Below, in pieces: positions 1 to 9,274 of a stretch of 64,000 nucleotides of DNA. Source of the DNA: Gemmatales bacterium (GTDB taxonomy: Bacteria; Planctomycetota; Planctomycetia; Gemmatales; HRBIN36). Within the stretch, counting starts at the first letter, position 1, and the number at the start of each line of letters is the position of its first letter. Where the stretch lies: NCBI GenBank assembly GCA_041640595.1, contig JBEPZY010000001.1:288001-352000 (forward strand). The letters run 5' to 3'. The position numbers were made by a program, and so were the translations under genes. The notes under the pieces were generated by a model. That model saw only the letters and a program-made list of their open reading frames with translations. It was not told where the DNA came from and did no database searches.

Positions 1-69
1 ATTCCGGGTCGGATTCGTTCACCGTGCCAGAAGTTGCTTATTGGCTCCGGGTGGCCAGCGAAAGCACTC

Positions 70-360
70 TCATTTGATGACCTTGGCCAGGATGTCGCTT
101 TCCCGCATAATCTTGTATTCGTTGCCGTTGATCTTGACATCGCTGCCGGCGTATTTGCTGAAGATCACTTCATCGCCGACGGCGACGTTCATGGCGGCGC
201 GGCTGCCGTCGTCCAGTAGTTTGCCTGGACCGACCGCGACCACTTTGCCCCGTTGCGGTTTTTCCTGGGCAGTATCGGGGAGAACAATCCCGCCGGGAGT
301 TCGCTCTTCCGATTTCAGCGGTTCAATCACCACCCGATCATCCAATGGCCGCAGTTTCAT
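70..360 (-). CDS. groES: Co-chaperonin GroES
   Basis: 96 aa; [22 protein letters not shown] mobile loop, KYAG, RESDILA. Confidence 0.98.
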   Translation of the reverse strand: MKLRPLDDRVVIEPLKSEERTPGGIVLPDTAQEKPQRGKVVAVGPGKLLDDGSRAAMNVAVGDEVIFSKYAGSDVKINGNEYKIMRESDILAKVIK

Positions 361-483
361 AGGCTCTTTCCTCCTTTCGTGTATTCGTGCACCGTTTCCA
401 GGGTGTCTGCATTTATCCCGTCAGAGCTAGCCAAATGGGCCTGGGCTCCTTTTACCCGTTATGACGCCACCGTTTCGTGCGGA

Positions 484-2115
484 CTAGAACTCATCCATGT
501 GCTCGTCGTGATGCGGTTCTTCCTTTTCCTTCTTGGGGATGTCCGCAACGAGCGTTTCGGTGGTCAAGAGCAAGCAGGCGACACTGGCGCCGTTCTGCAG
601 TGCCGAGCGTGTGACCTTGACCGGGTCAACAATGCCTGCCTTGCGCAGGTCGGTGTATTTCAGTTCCAGGGCATCAAAGCCCCAGGTCTTTTCCTTGGCC
701 TTGCGGACGGCATTGACGACCACAGAGCCATCGAGGCCAGCATTTTCAGCAATCGCCCGGCAGGGCACCTCCAGCACCTCTTTCAGCAGCTCGACGCCGA
801 CCTGTTCGTCGCCCTCCAGTTGCAGTTTGTCCAGAGCACGGGCCGCATGCACTAACGCCACCCCACCGCCAGGAACAATGCCCTCGGCGATAGCGGCGCG
901 AGTAGCGGCGAGGGCGTCTTCATACAACGCCTTCCGCTCCTTCATTTCCGTCTCGGTAGCAGCACCCACTTTGATCACAGCCACACCGCCGGACAACTTC
1001 GCCAATCGCTCCTGCAACTTTTCGCGATCGTACTCGCTATCGGTCTTTTCAATCTCCTGGCGGATCTGCTGGCAACGTCCTTCGATGGCCTCTCGTTTGC
1101 CCGCCCCTTCAATGATGGTGGTGTTCTCAGCATCTACGCGGACTTTCTTGGCCTGACCGAGGTCGGTCAGCTTGACGTTCTCCAGCTGGATGCCCAGGTC
1201 TTTGAAAATCGCTTTGCCGCCGGTCAGAATGGCGATGTCTTCGAGCATGGCCTTACGCCGATCGCCGTAACCGGGGGCCTTCACCGCGCAGCATTCGACA
1301 ATGCCACGCAGTTTGTTCACCACCAGCGTCGCCAGCGCTTCGCCTTCGACATCTTCGGCGATAATCAGCAATGGTCGCTTGGCTTTCGATACCGCTTCCA
1401 AGAGCGGCACCAGAGCGCGGGCGCTGGAAATCTTGTCCTCGTAAATGAGGATGTACGGTTTCTCCAGTTCGCAAACGACTTCCTCCTGGTTGGTAACAAA
1501 GTGCGGCGACAGGTAACCGCGGTCAAACTGCATACCTTCCACCCATTCCACTTCGGTGGTGATTCCTTTGCCCTCCTCGATAGTGATAACGCCGTCGGCT
1601 CCAACGCGTTCCAGTGCCTCGGCAATGCGCTCGCCGATTTCGCTGTTGTTGTTGGCGGCGATGGTGGCCACCTCGCGGATTTCCTTTTTGTTTTTGACGT
1701 CAATCTTCTCGGCCATTTTGCGGAGTTCGGCGACGACCGCGTCCACGGCCTTGTGAATCCCGCGGCTCATGGCCATGGGATCTACGCCAGCGCTGATGCG
1801 GCGCAGTCCCTCACGGAAAATTGCCTCGGCCAGGACCGTCGCAGTGGTGGTACCGTCGCCGGCAACGTCGCTGGTCTTGCTTGCCGCTTCCTTGACCAGC
1901 TGGGCACCCATGTTTTCATAGGGGTCTTCCAGTTCGATATCCTCAGCTACGGTGACGCCGTCTTTGGTAATGTTGGGCGCACCCCAACCTTTATCAAGCA
2001 CAGCATTGCGTCCGCGCGGGCCAAGTGTGCATTTCACTGCTCGCGCCAGTTTCGACGCGCCACTCAAAAGCTTTTGTCGTGCTTCATCTCCGTAGGCCAG
2101 TTGCTTGGCACCCAT
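484..2115 (-). CDS. groEL: Chaperonin GroEL (His/acidic C-tail paralog)
   Basis: 543 aa; [34 protein letters not shown]; ends [12 protein letters not shown]. Confidence 0.98.
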   Translation of the reverse strand: MGAKQLAYGDEARQKLLSGASKLARAVKCTLGPRGRNAVLDKGWGAPNITKDGVTVAEDIELEDPYENMGAQLVKEAASKTSDVAGDGTTTATVLAEAIFREGLRRISAGVDPMAMSRGIHKAVDAVVAELRKMAEKIDVKNKKEIREVATIAANNNSEIGERIAEALERVGADGVITIEEGKGITTEVEWVEGMQFDRGYLSPHFVTNQEEVVCELEKPYILIYEDKISSARALVPLLEAVSKAKRPLLIIAEDVEGEALATLVVNKLRGIVECCAVKAPGYGDRRKAMLEDIAILTGGKAIFKDLGIQLENVKLTDLGQAKKVRVDAENTTIIEGAGKREAIEGRCQQIRQEIEKTDSEYDREKLQERLAKLSGGVAVIKVGAATETEMKERKALYEDALAATRAAIAEGIVPGGGVALVHAARALDKLQLEGDEQVGVELLKEVLEVPCRAIAENAGLDGSVVVNAVRKAKEKTWGFDALELKYTDLRKAGIVDPVKVTRSALQNGASVACLLLTTETLVADIPKKEKEEPHHDEHMDEF

Positions 2116-2412
2116 TCGTCTGCCTCCTCTGAGAATTTCACCGTAGGCAAAGCAGGACGGAATCTAACGTTGGCTATCTGGGGCGATGGAAAAGCAGTGC
2201 GCCCAATGTGCAACGTACATGCCGGGAACAATCTTCGACATAAGTCCAAGAAATTTCAGTCGTTATGGAACATCGTCAACAACAGCCCCGAGCATTGTGC
2301 CTGCCAAGTTGACAGGCGGAAACCGGTTCCGTGCCGATTTGGAAATGGCCATCGTCGTGGCCGGTGTTCGGCCCACCAGAAGCAAGGGCTTCAAGAGAGT
2401 TTGTCTTTGCAC

Positions 2413-2440
2413 TTGACGCTAAGGAACCATACACTATAGT
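2413..2440 (+). promoter_or_regulatory. Possible sigma70 promoter upstream of the DUF1559 gene
   Basis: TTGACG-N16-TATAGT in an AT-richer intergenic stretch; consensus match only. Confidence 0.3.
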
Positions 2441-2763
2441 GACGATTTAGATAGTAATGATGACTAATTTGCAAAACAATTTTGCTGGGCTGGATTTTCA
2501 GCACTGCTCCGGATTCGGGCGGGGAAGGCACCGAGCAAACGAATTGAGAAACCCAAGCTAAAAAAGCTACGGAATGCAATCCTGTGGCCTTTTAGTGGCC
2601 CTTCAGGGCCAAAGGAAACAGACGCGGTAAACAGTCCGGCATTCCCTTCAAACCTACGCAATAGGAGCGAACTATGCGCGAAACCATTGGGATAAGCTGC
2701 ATCAGATTGGTCGAAGGCAATTACCGGAAAGTCTGGCCCATCTACACAAGAAAGGAGGAACCC

Positions 2764-3822
2764 GTGCAGATCTCACGCTTTCGCTTGCTGCCCGTCGGTT
2801 CTCCGAAACTGTCGGGGCGGACTCGCGCCCGTGTCGCAGCATTCACGCTGGTTGAGCTGCTGGTGGTCATTGCCATCATCGGGCTGCTGATGGCCCTATT
2901 GCTACCGGCCATCCAGCGGGTGCGCGAAGCCGCCAATCGGATGCGTTGCGCCAGTAACCTTTCCCAGATTGCGCTGGCTTTTCACAACCACCATAACGAC
3001 TTTAACTATTTCCCCACGGGCGGTCTTTCCGTGAGCGACGGTAACGATGTGGTCGGTCAGAATTACGCAGTGGACTTCAAAGACGCTTCCGGGTCGCCGG
3101 TTCCGCGCACCTGGGCGGGTGGATACGCTCCAGCTGTAGGGGCGGATCAAGCCTGGGGCTGGGCGTATCAAATCCTGCCGTATATCGAGCAGACGGCATT
3201 GTATCGCAATGCGGACGATAACGCAGTGCGGCAGACGCCAATTCCGCTGTACTTCTGCCCAGCCCGTCGTCGGCCGGGAGTGGACATCAACGGTTGGGCA
3301 CAGATCGACTATGCCGGGAGCGCCGGTGCCTATGAGGAGGATTCGCAATGGTTTGCCCCGGCGGGTTGGTCCCGGCCGACGATCCGTCATTCCAGCGGCG
3401 TGATCGTTTCACGGGCACCGAGCGAACCTCCGAGTATTCGCCGGGTTGTGGATTTGGAAAGCGGCATTCCGGATGGCACCTCAAACACCATTTTGGCCGG
3501 AGAAAAGTATCTCCGCCGATTCCAGTACAACATGGCGCCGCCCGAGGACAACGACAGCTTCATTGCTGGATTTGTCAACGATGTGGTTCGCTGGGCGCGT
3601 GCACCGCAACTGAATGAAGCCCAGCCTTTCCCGGACGGCAAGTTATACGGCTCGGACGCCAACCACCCGCGGCGCTTCGGCAGCGCGCATCGCTCGGGAG
3701 CCAATTTCGTCTTTGCCGATCGCTCGGTTCGTCTCGTTCGTCATGGCGCGGATCCGGCAATCTTCTATCTGCTGGCTATCCGCTTTGATCACCTTGCCGT
3801 GGACCCGGCCAAAGTGCAGTAA
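2764..3822 (+). CDS. DUF1559 family prepilin-type N-terminal cleavage/methylation protein
   Basis: FTLVELLVVIAIIGLLMALLLPAIQRVREAA, CASNL, DGTSNT, FGSAH..GANFVFAD; GTG start after AAAGGAGG. Confidence 0.92.
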   Translation: MQISRFRLLPVGSPKLSGRTRARVAAFTLVELLVVIAIIGLLMALLLPAIQRVREAANRMRCASNLSQIALAFHNHHNDFNYFPTGGLSVSDGNDVVGQNYAVDFKDASGSPVPRTWAGGYAPAVGADQAWGWAYQILPYIEQTALYRNADDNAVRQTPIPLYFCPARRRPGVDINGWAQIDYAGSAGAYEEDSQWFAPAGWSRPTIRHSSGVIVSRAPSEPPSIRRVVDLESGIPDGTSNTILAGEKYLRRFQYNMAPPEDNDSFIAGFVNDVVRWARAPQLNEAQPFPDGKLYGSDANHPRRFGSAHRSGANFVFADRSVRLVRHGADPAIFYLLAIRFDHLAVDPAKVQ

Positions 3823-3906
3823 GCAACACAAGCGCCGGCCGTGGGCACCAGGACGGCAGGGCAAGCGCTCAGTGTCCCGCCATCGTCAAGCGAATCCCCC
3901 GCTGCC

Positions 3907-5673
3907 TCAACTCCGGGCTTTTTCCGGTGAAATCTCGACCTCAGACGCGGGGGATTCGCTGTACAAGGCGTCCAGCAAAGGGCGATACTTATTCAGCACA
4001 AACTGACGGCGGATTTTCAGGCTGACAGTCAGTTCCTCAGCTTCGACGCGAAACGGCTGCGGCAACAGGACGAATTTGCGAATCTGCTCCCAGGGGGGCT
4101 GGTGAACCAGCAGGCGGTCCAATTCCTGGCGGAAGAACTGCTGCACTTCCGGATGCTGAACCAGTTGCTCTGGGGGTAACTCCATAAGGCCGTGCTGCTG
4201 GCCGAGTTGTTGGAGAGTGTCGCGGCTGGGAACAATCAGGGCCGTGAGATAGTTCTTGCCGTCGCCGTGGATCACGGCCTGTTCGATATGCGGACTGGCC
4301 ACCAGCAGACTTTCCAGCTCGGTCGGAACAACCTTCTTGCCATTGGAGAGGACGAGTAAGTCCTTTTTGCGACCGGTAACGGTCAGAAAGCCGTCGGCAT
4401 CGAGAAAACCCAGGTCGCCGGTGTGGAACCAGCCGTCGGCCAGGGCTTGCTGGGTCGCTTCGGGATTGCGCCAGTATCCGGGAGTAACATTTGGCCCGCG
4501 TACCAGGATTTCGCCATCTGCAGCAATGCGGATTTCCACGCCGGGTACTGCCTGGCCGACCGTGCCAATTTTGTTTTTGCCCAGACGATTGAAGCTGACC
4601 ACGGGAGAAGTTTCGGTCAATCCATAACCCTGCAGAAGTGGCAAACCCGCATCCCAGTACGCCTGGGCTACGTGCACCGGTAAGGGAGCACCGCCGGAAT
4701 TGAGCCGTTCGATTCGCGGGCCGAAAATGCTGCGAAGTCGGCGGCGCTGTTTTTCCTGGTCAGTATCCCGGCAGGCCGCCAGGATTTTCTCGTACACCCG
4801 CGGCACGGCAGCAAATGAGGTCGGTTGCACCTGTCGCAGGTCCTCGACAATGTTGTCCACGGACTCGGCCAGCACAAGCAAAAACCCTCCGGCCAGGCTC
4901 AGATAGTAGTCCACCAGCCGACCGTAAATGTGGCTATATGGCAGCCAGCTAAGCACTACCGTGTGCGGCCCCAAGCTCACCGATTCGAGCATGGCCAAGG
5001 CGTTGCTCAGCAGATTCCCGTGGGTCAGCATCACTCCCTTGCAATCGCCGGTAGTCCCCGAGGTGTACATGATGGTTGCGAGGCTATCACGGGAGAGCTC
5101 GGCGATGCGGCGAGCCAGTTCGGAGAAAAAACGCGAGCGTTGTTGCCAGCCGCGACTTACCAGCACCGACCAGCGCTGGGCATGTGGCGAGGGGAAATCG
5201 GTCAAGGCCCAGATTTTCCTTGGCGGTTGCGACTGGCTGGCCCAGTGGGCGAGTGCAGCAGCTTTTGCGGCATCGCTCACGAATACCAGCCGCACCTCGG
5301 CATGATCGAACTGGGCAATCACCTGTTTTGCCGGAAGCGGTGCATGGGCCGGGACACACACGCCGCCCACCGCAAGAATAGCCAGATCAGCCAGCAACCA
5401 TTCCGGACGATTCTCCGACCACAAGCCGATGCGGTCGCCTGGAGCAACTCCTTCGCCCAGCAAAGCTGCCGCCAACGCCAGCATGCGTTCGCTAAAATCT
5501 TCCCACGACCAATTCTGCCACCAACCGTGTTGCTTCCAGCGAACAGCGGGGCGAGGCCCCAGGCGTTCGGCTTGTTGCAAAAGCAGCGCCGGGATGCTGG
5601 TCACCAGGTTCAACGCAGGCATTGGCCTGGCGGGCGGAGCACCAGAAGTTACGGCCGAAATGGAGGCGGTCAT
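3907..5673 (-). CDS. Long-chain fatty acid--CoA ligase (AMP-binding family)
   Basis: YTSGTTG, GYGLTE, GWFHTGDLG, GRKKDL. Confidence 0.92.
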   Translation of the reverse strand: MTASISAVTSGAPPARPMPALNLVTSIPALLLQQAERLGPRPAVRWKQHGWWQNWSWEDFSERMLALAAALLGEGVAPGDRIGLWSENRPEWLLADLAILAVGGVCVPAHAPLPAKQVIAQFDHAEVRLVFVSDAAKAAALAHWASQSQPPRKIWALTDFPSPHAQRWSVLVSRGWQQRSRFFSELARRIAELSRDSLATIMYTSGTTGDCKGVMLTHGNLLSNALAMLESVSLGPHTVVLSWLPYSHIYGRLVDYYLSLAGGFLLVLAESVDNIVEDLRQVQPTSFAAVPRVYEKILAACRDTDQEKQRRRLRSIFGPRIERLNSGGAPLPVHVAQAYWDAGLPLLQGYGLTETSPVVSFNRLGKNKIGTVGQAVPGVEIRIAADGEILVRGPNVTPGYWRNPEATQQALADGWFHTGDLGFLDADGFLTVTGRKKDLLVLSNGKKVVPTELESLLVASPHIEQAVIHGDGKNYLTALIVPSRDTLQQLGQQHGLMELPPEQLVQHPEVQQFFRQELDRLLVHQPPWEQIRKFVLLPQPFRVEAEELTVSLKIRRQFVLNKYRPLLDALYSESPASEVEISPEKARS

Positions 5674-7508
5674 GGTTCGGCTCCGGAAGTCTCCCGAACC
5701 TGGAATTCGAGTTTCCAGCGTTGCTTCGGTTCACGTCCCAGACACCAGAGTTCCAACGTACCGATAGGCGTGACATGGCTGTGCAACCGCACCGGTACGA
5801 CTTTCCCTTCCAGACCGGGGGCCTGCAAAGTAACCTCCAGCGGATCGAGTTCCTGCAGCTCCTGCTCGTCCCACTCGTCCAGCACCGTGCCGATGGTGTC
5901 TTTGCGACGCACACTGGAACCGAAAAAGCGGAATCGAGCCGGCACCCCGACTACCAGGCCAAATTCCTGTCCCGGCACATCTGCTTCGGTTCCTTCTTCC
6001 ATGCCGAAAGGAGCAACGCAAACGGCTTTGACGGGCGGAGGCATACCCGGAACTGCCGGGAGATTGACCGCCACGCCGATGTAGTAAGCCCGAGCTGTCC
6101 CGCCGCGGATACGGATACCGCGACCCCGTCGTACCATGCCGTAACAGGCCGCGCCGCGAGCCACCGCCAGGTCGAGATCGGTTCCGGTCAGGACACGGAC
6201 AGGTTTGGCACCGAGTTGTTGTGCCCAACTGTTGAGGACCTGCACCAGGCGATCGACCAAAGGCTGTGCTTTGAACACGCCGCCATTGAACAGCACCGCG
6301 GTCGGAAAAGCGGCAGAATCGCGGCCTTCTTGTCTTTCCGACATGGCCGACTGATGCCGACGCAGGAAACTGGCCAGGTGCCGCGTGATCGCCGCATCGC
6401 TGGCGTATGGCAGCCCCAGTTCCTGAAAGCCGATGGCTGCCGATCGTTTCACCTCCGCGTCAAAGTCAACATGGGGGAAAAAGCCTTCGAGTAACACCTC
6501 CCGCAACTCTTCCTGGGTCAATTCCGCGGTCAGCGTCCCGCCAATCACTCGGCTGCCGCGACCAAGAATGGTTACCGGGACTGCCGGAAGTTGCGAGTCG
6601 GAGAATAACTTTTCCTTGGCCTGTCGGCAAGCGTAGGCCAGCTGGCGAAACTGACCGAAATCGAGTCGCACACCCTGCCGTGCGAATTTCTGTTGCAGAT
6701 AGTGAGCCAGGGCCAGGTCCATGTTGTCGCCACCCAGCAGAATGTGGTCGCCCACGGCCAAGCGGTCGAGCACGAGATTGCCGGATTCCTCACCCACAGC
6801 GATCAGGGTGAAGTCGGTGGTACCGCCGCCCACGTCGCACACCAGGATGCAATCGCCGACTCGTACCTGCTTGCGCCAGTCCGGGTGCGTGTGAATCCAG
6901 GCGTAGAAAGCGGCTTGCGGTTCTTCCAGCAGGGTCAACTGTTCCAGACCCACGGCCCGAGCGGCTTCCACGGTCAGGTCGCGAGCCGATGCATCAAACG
7001 ATGCCGGCACGGTCAAAACCACATCCTGGGCGATCAGCGGTTCCTCGCCGAAACGTTCCCGCTGACGAAACTGCCAGGCTTCGATGAGATGTTGTAAATA
7101 GCGGCTACTGGCTTCCACCGGCGAAACGCGACGGACTCCTTCGGGGGCTTGCCAGGGCAAGATCGGCGCTCGCCTGTCCACACCGACATGAACCAGCCAC
7201 GACTTCGCCGAACTGACCAACCGCGTCGGCACCCGCGAGCCCAGCTGTCGCGCCAGTTCACCGACCGCATAATCACGCCGCGGGTCCCAGGGCAGTTGTA
7301 GACTTCCTGCTGGCAGTTCACCTTCCGTAGGCAGGTACAGAAACGACGGCAACAACGTCCGGTCCTCCACGACGCCTAGCTCCACCAGTTGCGGGATCGG
7401 CAAATTTTCCACCGCGAACGTATCTGCTTCTGGTTCGATAGCAGTATCTGTCCAGGCCAGTGCACAATTGGTCGTGCCGAGATCAATCCCTACGGCAAAT
7501 CGGCTCAT
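5670..7508 (-). CDS. Hsp70-family protein (non-canonical, DUF2760-associated type)
   Basis: GIDLGTTN, TVPASFD, EEPQAA, DVGGGTTD, GGDNMD; stop/start overlaps with both neighbours. Confidence 0.9.
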   Translation of the reverse strand: MSRFAVGIDLGTTNCALAWTDTAIEPEADTFAVENLPIPQLVELGVVEDRTLLPSFLYLPTEGELPAGSLQLPWDPRRDYAVGELARQLGSRVPTRLVSSAKSWLVHVGVDRRAPILPWQAPEGVRRVSPVEASSRYLQHLIEAWQFRQRERFGEEPLIAQDVVLTVPASFDASARDLTVEAARAVGLEQLTLLEEPQAAFYAWIHTHPDWRKQVRVGDCILVCDVGGGTTDFTLIAVGEESGNLVLDRLAVGDHILLGGDNMDLALAHYLQQKFARQGVRLDFGQFRQLAYACRQAKEKLFSDSQLPAVPVTILGRGSRVIGGTLTAELTQEELREVLLEGFFPHVDFDAEVKRSAAIGFQELGLPYASDAAITRHLASFLRRHQSAMSERQEGRDSAAFPTAVLFNGGVFKAQPLVDRLVQVLNSWAQQLGAKPVRVLTGTDLDLAVARGAACYGMVRRGRGIRIRGGTARAYYIGVAVNLPAVPGMPPPVKAVCVAPFGMEEGTEADVPGQEFGLVVGVPARFRFFGSSVRRKDTIGTVLDEWDEQELQELDPLEVTLQAPGLEGKVVPVRLHSHVTPIGTLELWCLGREPKQRWKLEFQVRETSGAEP

Positions 7509-8005
7509 GCGACCTCCACCTCCGCCGGCATCACCACCCGCAGGTCCTGCCCTTCCGGTGCGGCCGGTAACCGTAATTCACGCACACGCCAGCCCGGATG
7601 CTTCACCGTACCGCGAAACGGCGGCTGACCGCTCACCGCTCCGCTCAACCGGATCGCCGACGGGTCGAAACCGGCTTCCACAGTGACTTCTTCTCCTTCC
7701 TCCTTGGGCAAAACCTTTTCAAGCACCATCATTTTTTCCAGGGCTTCGCGGCACTTGCGGTGAATTTCACGCACGGCTGCTCCGATCTGGGCGTCGCTGT
7801 AGGCGTCTATGGGTTCCAGCAGGAAGTCCAGGAGTCGCCCCTCACGTTGCAATACCGCTAGCAAACGCAGCGCGGGGGCAAGGTCGTCCGAAGGTTTCGT
7901 AGCTGGCGAAACCCGGCTGCGCAGCCACCAGCCGATAGTCCCCCCCACTAAGAATCCTGCCAATCCCGCCAGGGCAATCCACCAAACGGCCACACCGTCC
8001 GGCAT
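7505..8005 (-). CDS. DUF2760 domain membrane protein
   Basis: N-terminal TM; LQREGRLLDFLLE, DAQIGAAVR, G.PPFRG..HPGW, PAEVEV. Confidence 0.85.
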   Translation of the reverse strand: MPDGVAVWWIALAGLAGFLVGGTIGWWLRSRVSPATKPSDDLAPALRLLAVLQREGRLLDFLLEPIDAYSDAQIGAAVREIHRKCREALEKMMVLEKVLPKEEGEEVTVEAGFDPSAIRLSGAVSGQPPFRGTVKHPGWRVRELRLPAAPEGQDLRVVMPAEVEVA

Positions 8006-8020
8006 GATTGGTTTTCCTCC

Positions 8021-8110
8021 TGCTCGACAGTTCGCCTATCCGAGTCCGCTTGTTCGACAGTTCGCCTGTCCGGATCCGCCTGTTCGACGGTTCGCCTATC
8101 CAAATCCGCG
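8021..8110. repeat. 30-bp tandem repeat x3
   Basis: TGYTCGACRGTTCGCCTRTCC... units at 8021, 8051 and 8081; no spacers. Confidence 0.9.
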
Positions 8111-8301
8111 ATATCTCTCGTTCCCGACCGAGTCCGCGATTTTGCTCGTCTGCCAACCGCTCTCCAAAAGCATACGCAGCCACCTCGGCACAGCCCAGCC
8201 GCCCCGCATCCAACCGTAATCGAACCGAGGTGCATGTTAGACTGGCTTGCCGATGTGCAAAACCAGCACCTGTCTGACACACGTTATGGTGCTTGCGGGG
8301 C

Positions 8302-8411
8302 ACGCTGGATGGAACTTGTCGCGGATAAGCTCGGCGGCGCTGGAGCGGAAATCCATGACTCTGACCTCCACAGGGACGCTGGATGGAACTTTTCACGAAC
8401 AAGCTCGGCGG
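8302..8411. repeat. 36-bp direct repeat pair with 38-bp unique insert
   Basis: ACGCTGGATGGAACTTGTCGCGGATAAGCTCGGCGG (8302) / ACGCTGGATGGAACTTTTCACGAACAAGCTCGGCGG (8376). Confidence 0.85.
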
Positions 8412-8512
8412 GGCTGTCCAGCTCATGGTTAGGCATAATGCAATCCCGCAACAAACAAACAGCGAACCTGGCACGAAATAACGAAGTTACCTGCCTGGGT
8501 CGAGACAATTTT

Positions 8513-8978
8513 GCCCTGTCGAAAACACGGCTGGCTCTGGGCGAAAACTAGCGGCGAACGGCGTGGGCCAGTAACCACAGAGCCGCTTCATTGCCCAATC
8601 GCCACTTCCGCCGCGCCCTCAATTGCAGGTGACAAGGCATTGCCTGGCTGGGCCCAATCTCGTTGAGCGCCGGGCCGCAACTGGAACCGAGTGAACTGGC
8701 CGGGCTTTTCGGCTGCGAAGACGGGGGCAACACCTGCTGGGCTAATTCCAGGCCCATCCTGGTTACAGCTTAGAGCAAATGCGTCCTTGCGTCCGAAGCA
8801 ATTTTCTCCGCATCCGATTGCATCATGGTTACAGCCAAGAGCAAATGGGTTCCTTCCATGGCCGAGCATCGTAGCTCATCCCGCTTCGTGGTGGTTCCAT
8901 CAGAAGCTGTCGTGGTCGTGTCCCACGACCGAGCATCCTAAATCCTCTCGCCCGGCGCGAAGCTCTTTTCGACAGAGC
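8513..8978 (-). mobile_element. Internally deleted IS (MITE-like), copy A of the DDE (IS5/IS4-like) element also at 33255 and 40697
   Basis: Ends GCCCTGTCGAAAACA / TCTTTTCGACAGAGC; reverse complement matches both ends of 40697-41960; keeps only transposase N- and C-terminal bits (LELAQQVLPP, NEAAL). Confidence 0.85.
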
Positions 8979-9088
8979 AAGAGGGTTCCAGCCCCATGCC
9001 CGACCGGTACTGGTATAACTCCAATGCCGGAATAATGTTAGTCGTGGTGGGGAATATTTGCGGGCAGCGGGGACAGTGTCACTGGTCG

Positions 9089-9200
9089 GCCCTGATAACA
9101 GGGTGCTGCTTCCGGAATGATTCTACTCCGGTCCGGCGCCCTCCAATGGGCGCTGGAGGCTCCGCCCTGGTGACAGGATGCTGCCTCCTGATGATTCAAC
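9089..9200. repeat. ~37-bp direct repeat pair with 37-bp unique insert
   Basis: GCCCTGATAACAGGGTGCTGCTTCCGGAATGATTCTAC (9089) / GCCCTGGTGACAGGATGCTGCCTCCTGATGATTCAAC (9164). Confidence 0.75.
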
Positions 9201-9274
9201 GGCTGATCACCCGAACCTGGATGGAAAACGATCTGTTCAACACTGGCCAGCGCACGAACATGGAGTGAATCACC

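Noticed and set aside
2116..2400. CIRCE element before groEL
   Set aside because: No TTAGCACTC-N9-GAGTGCTAA match seen.
2471..2560. Possible ~64-bp-period repeat pair (GCAAA..AATT)
   Set aside because: Similarity too short to count as a duplication scar.
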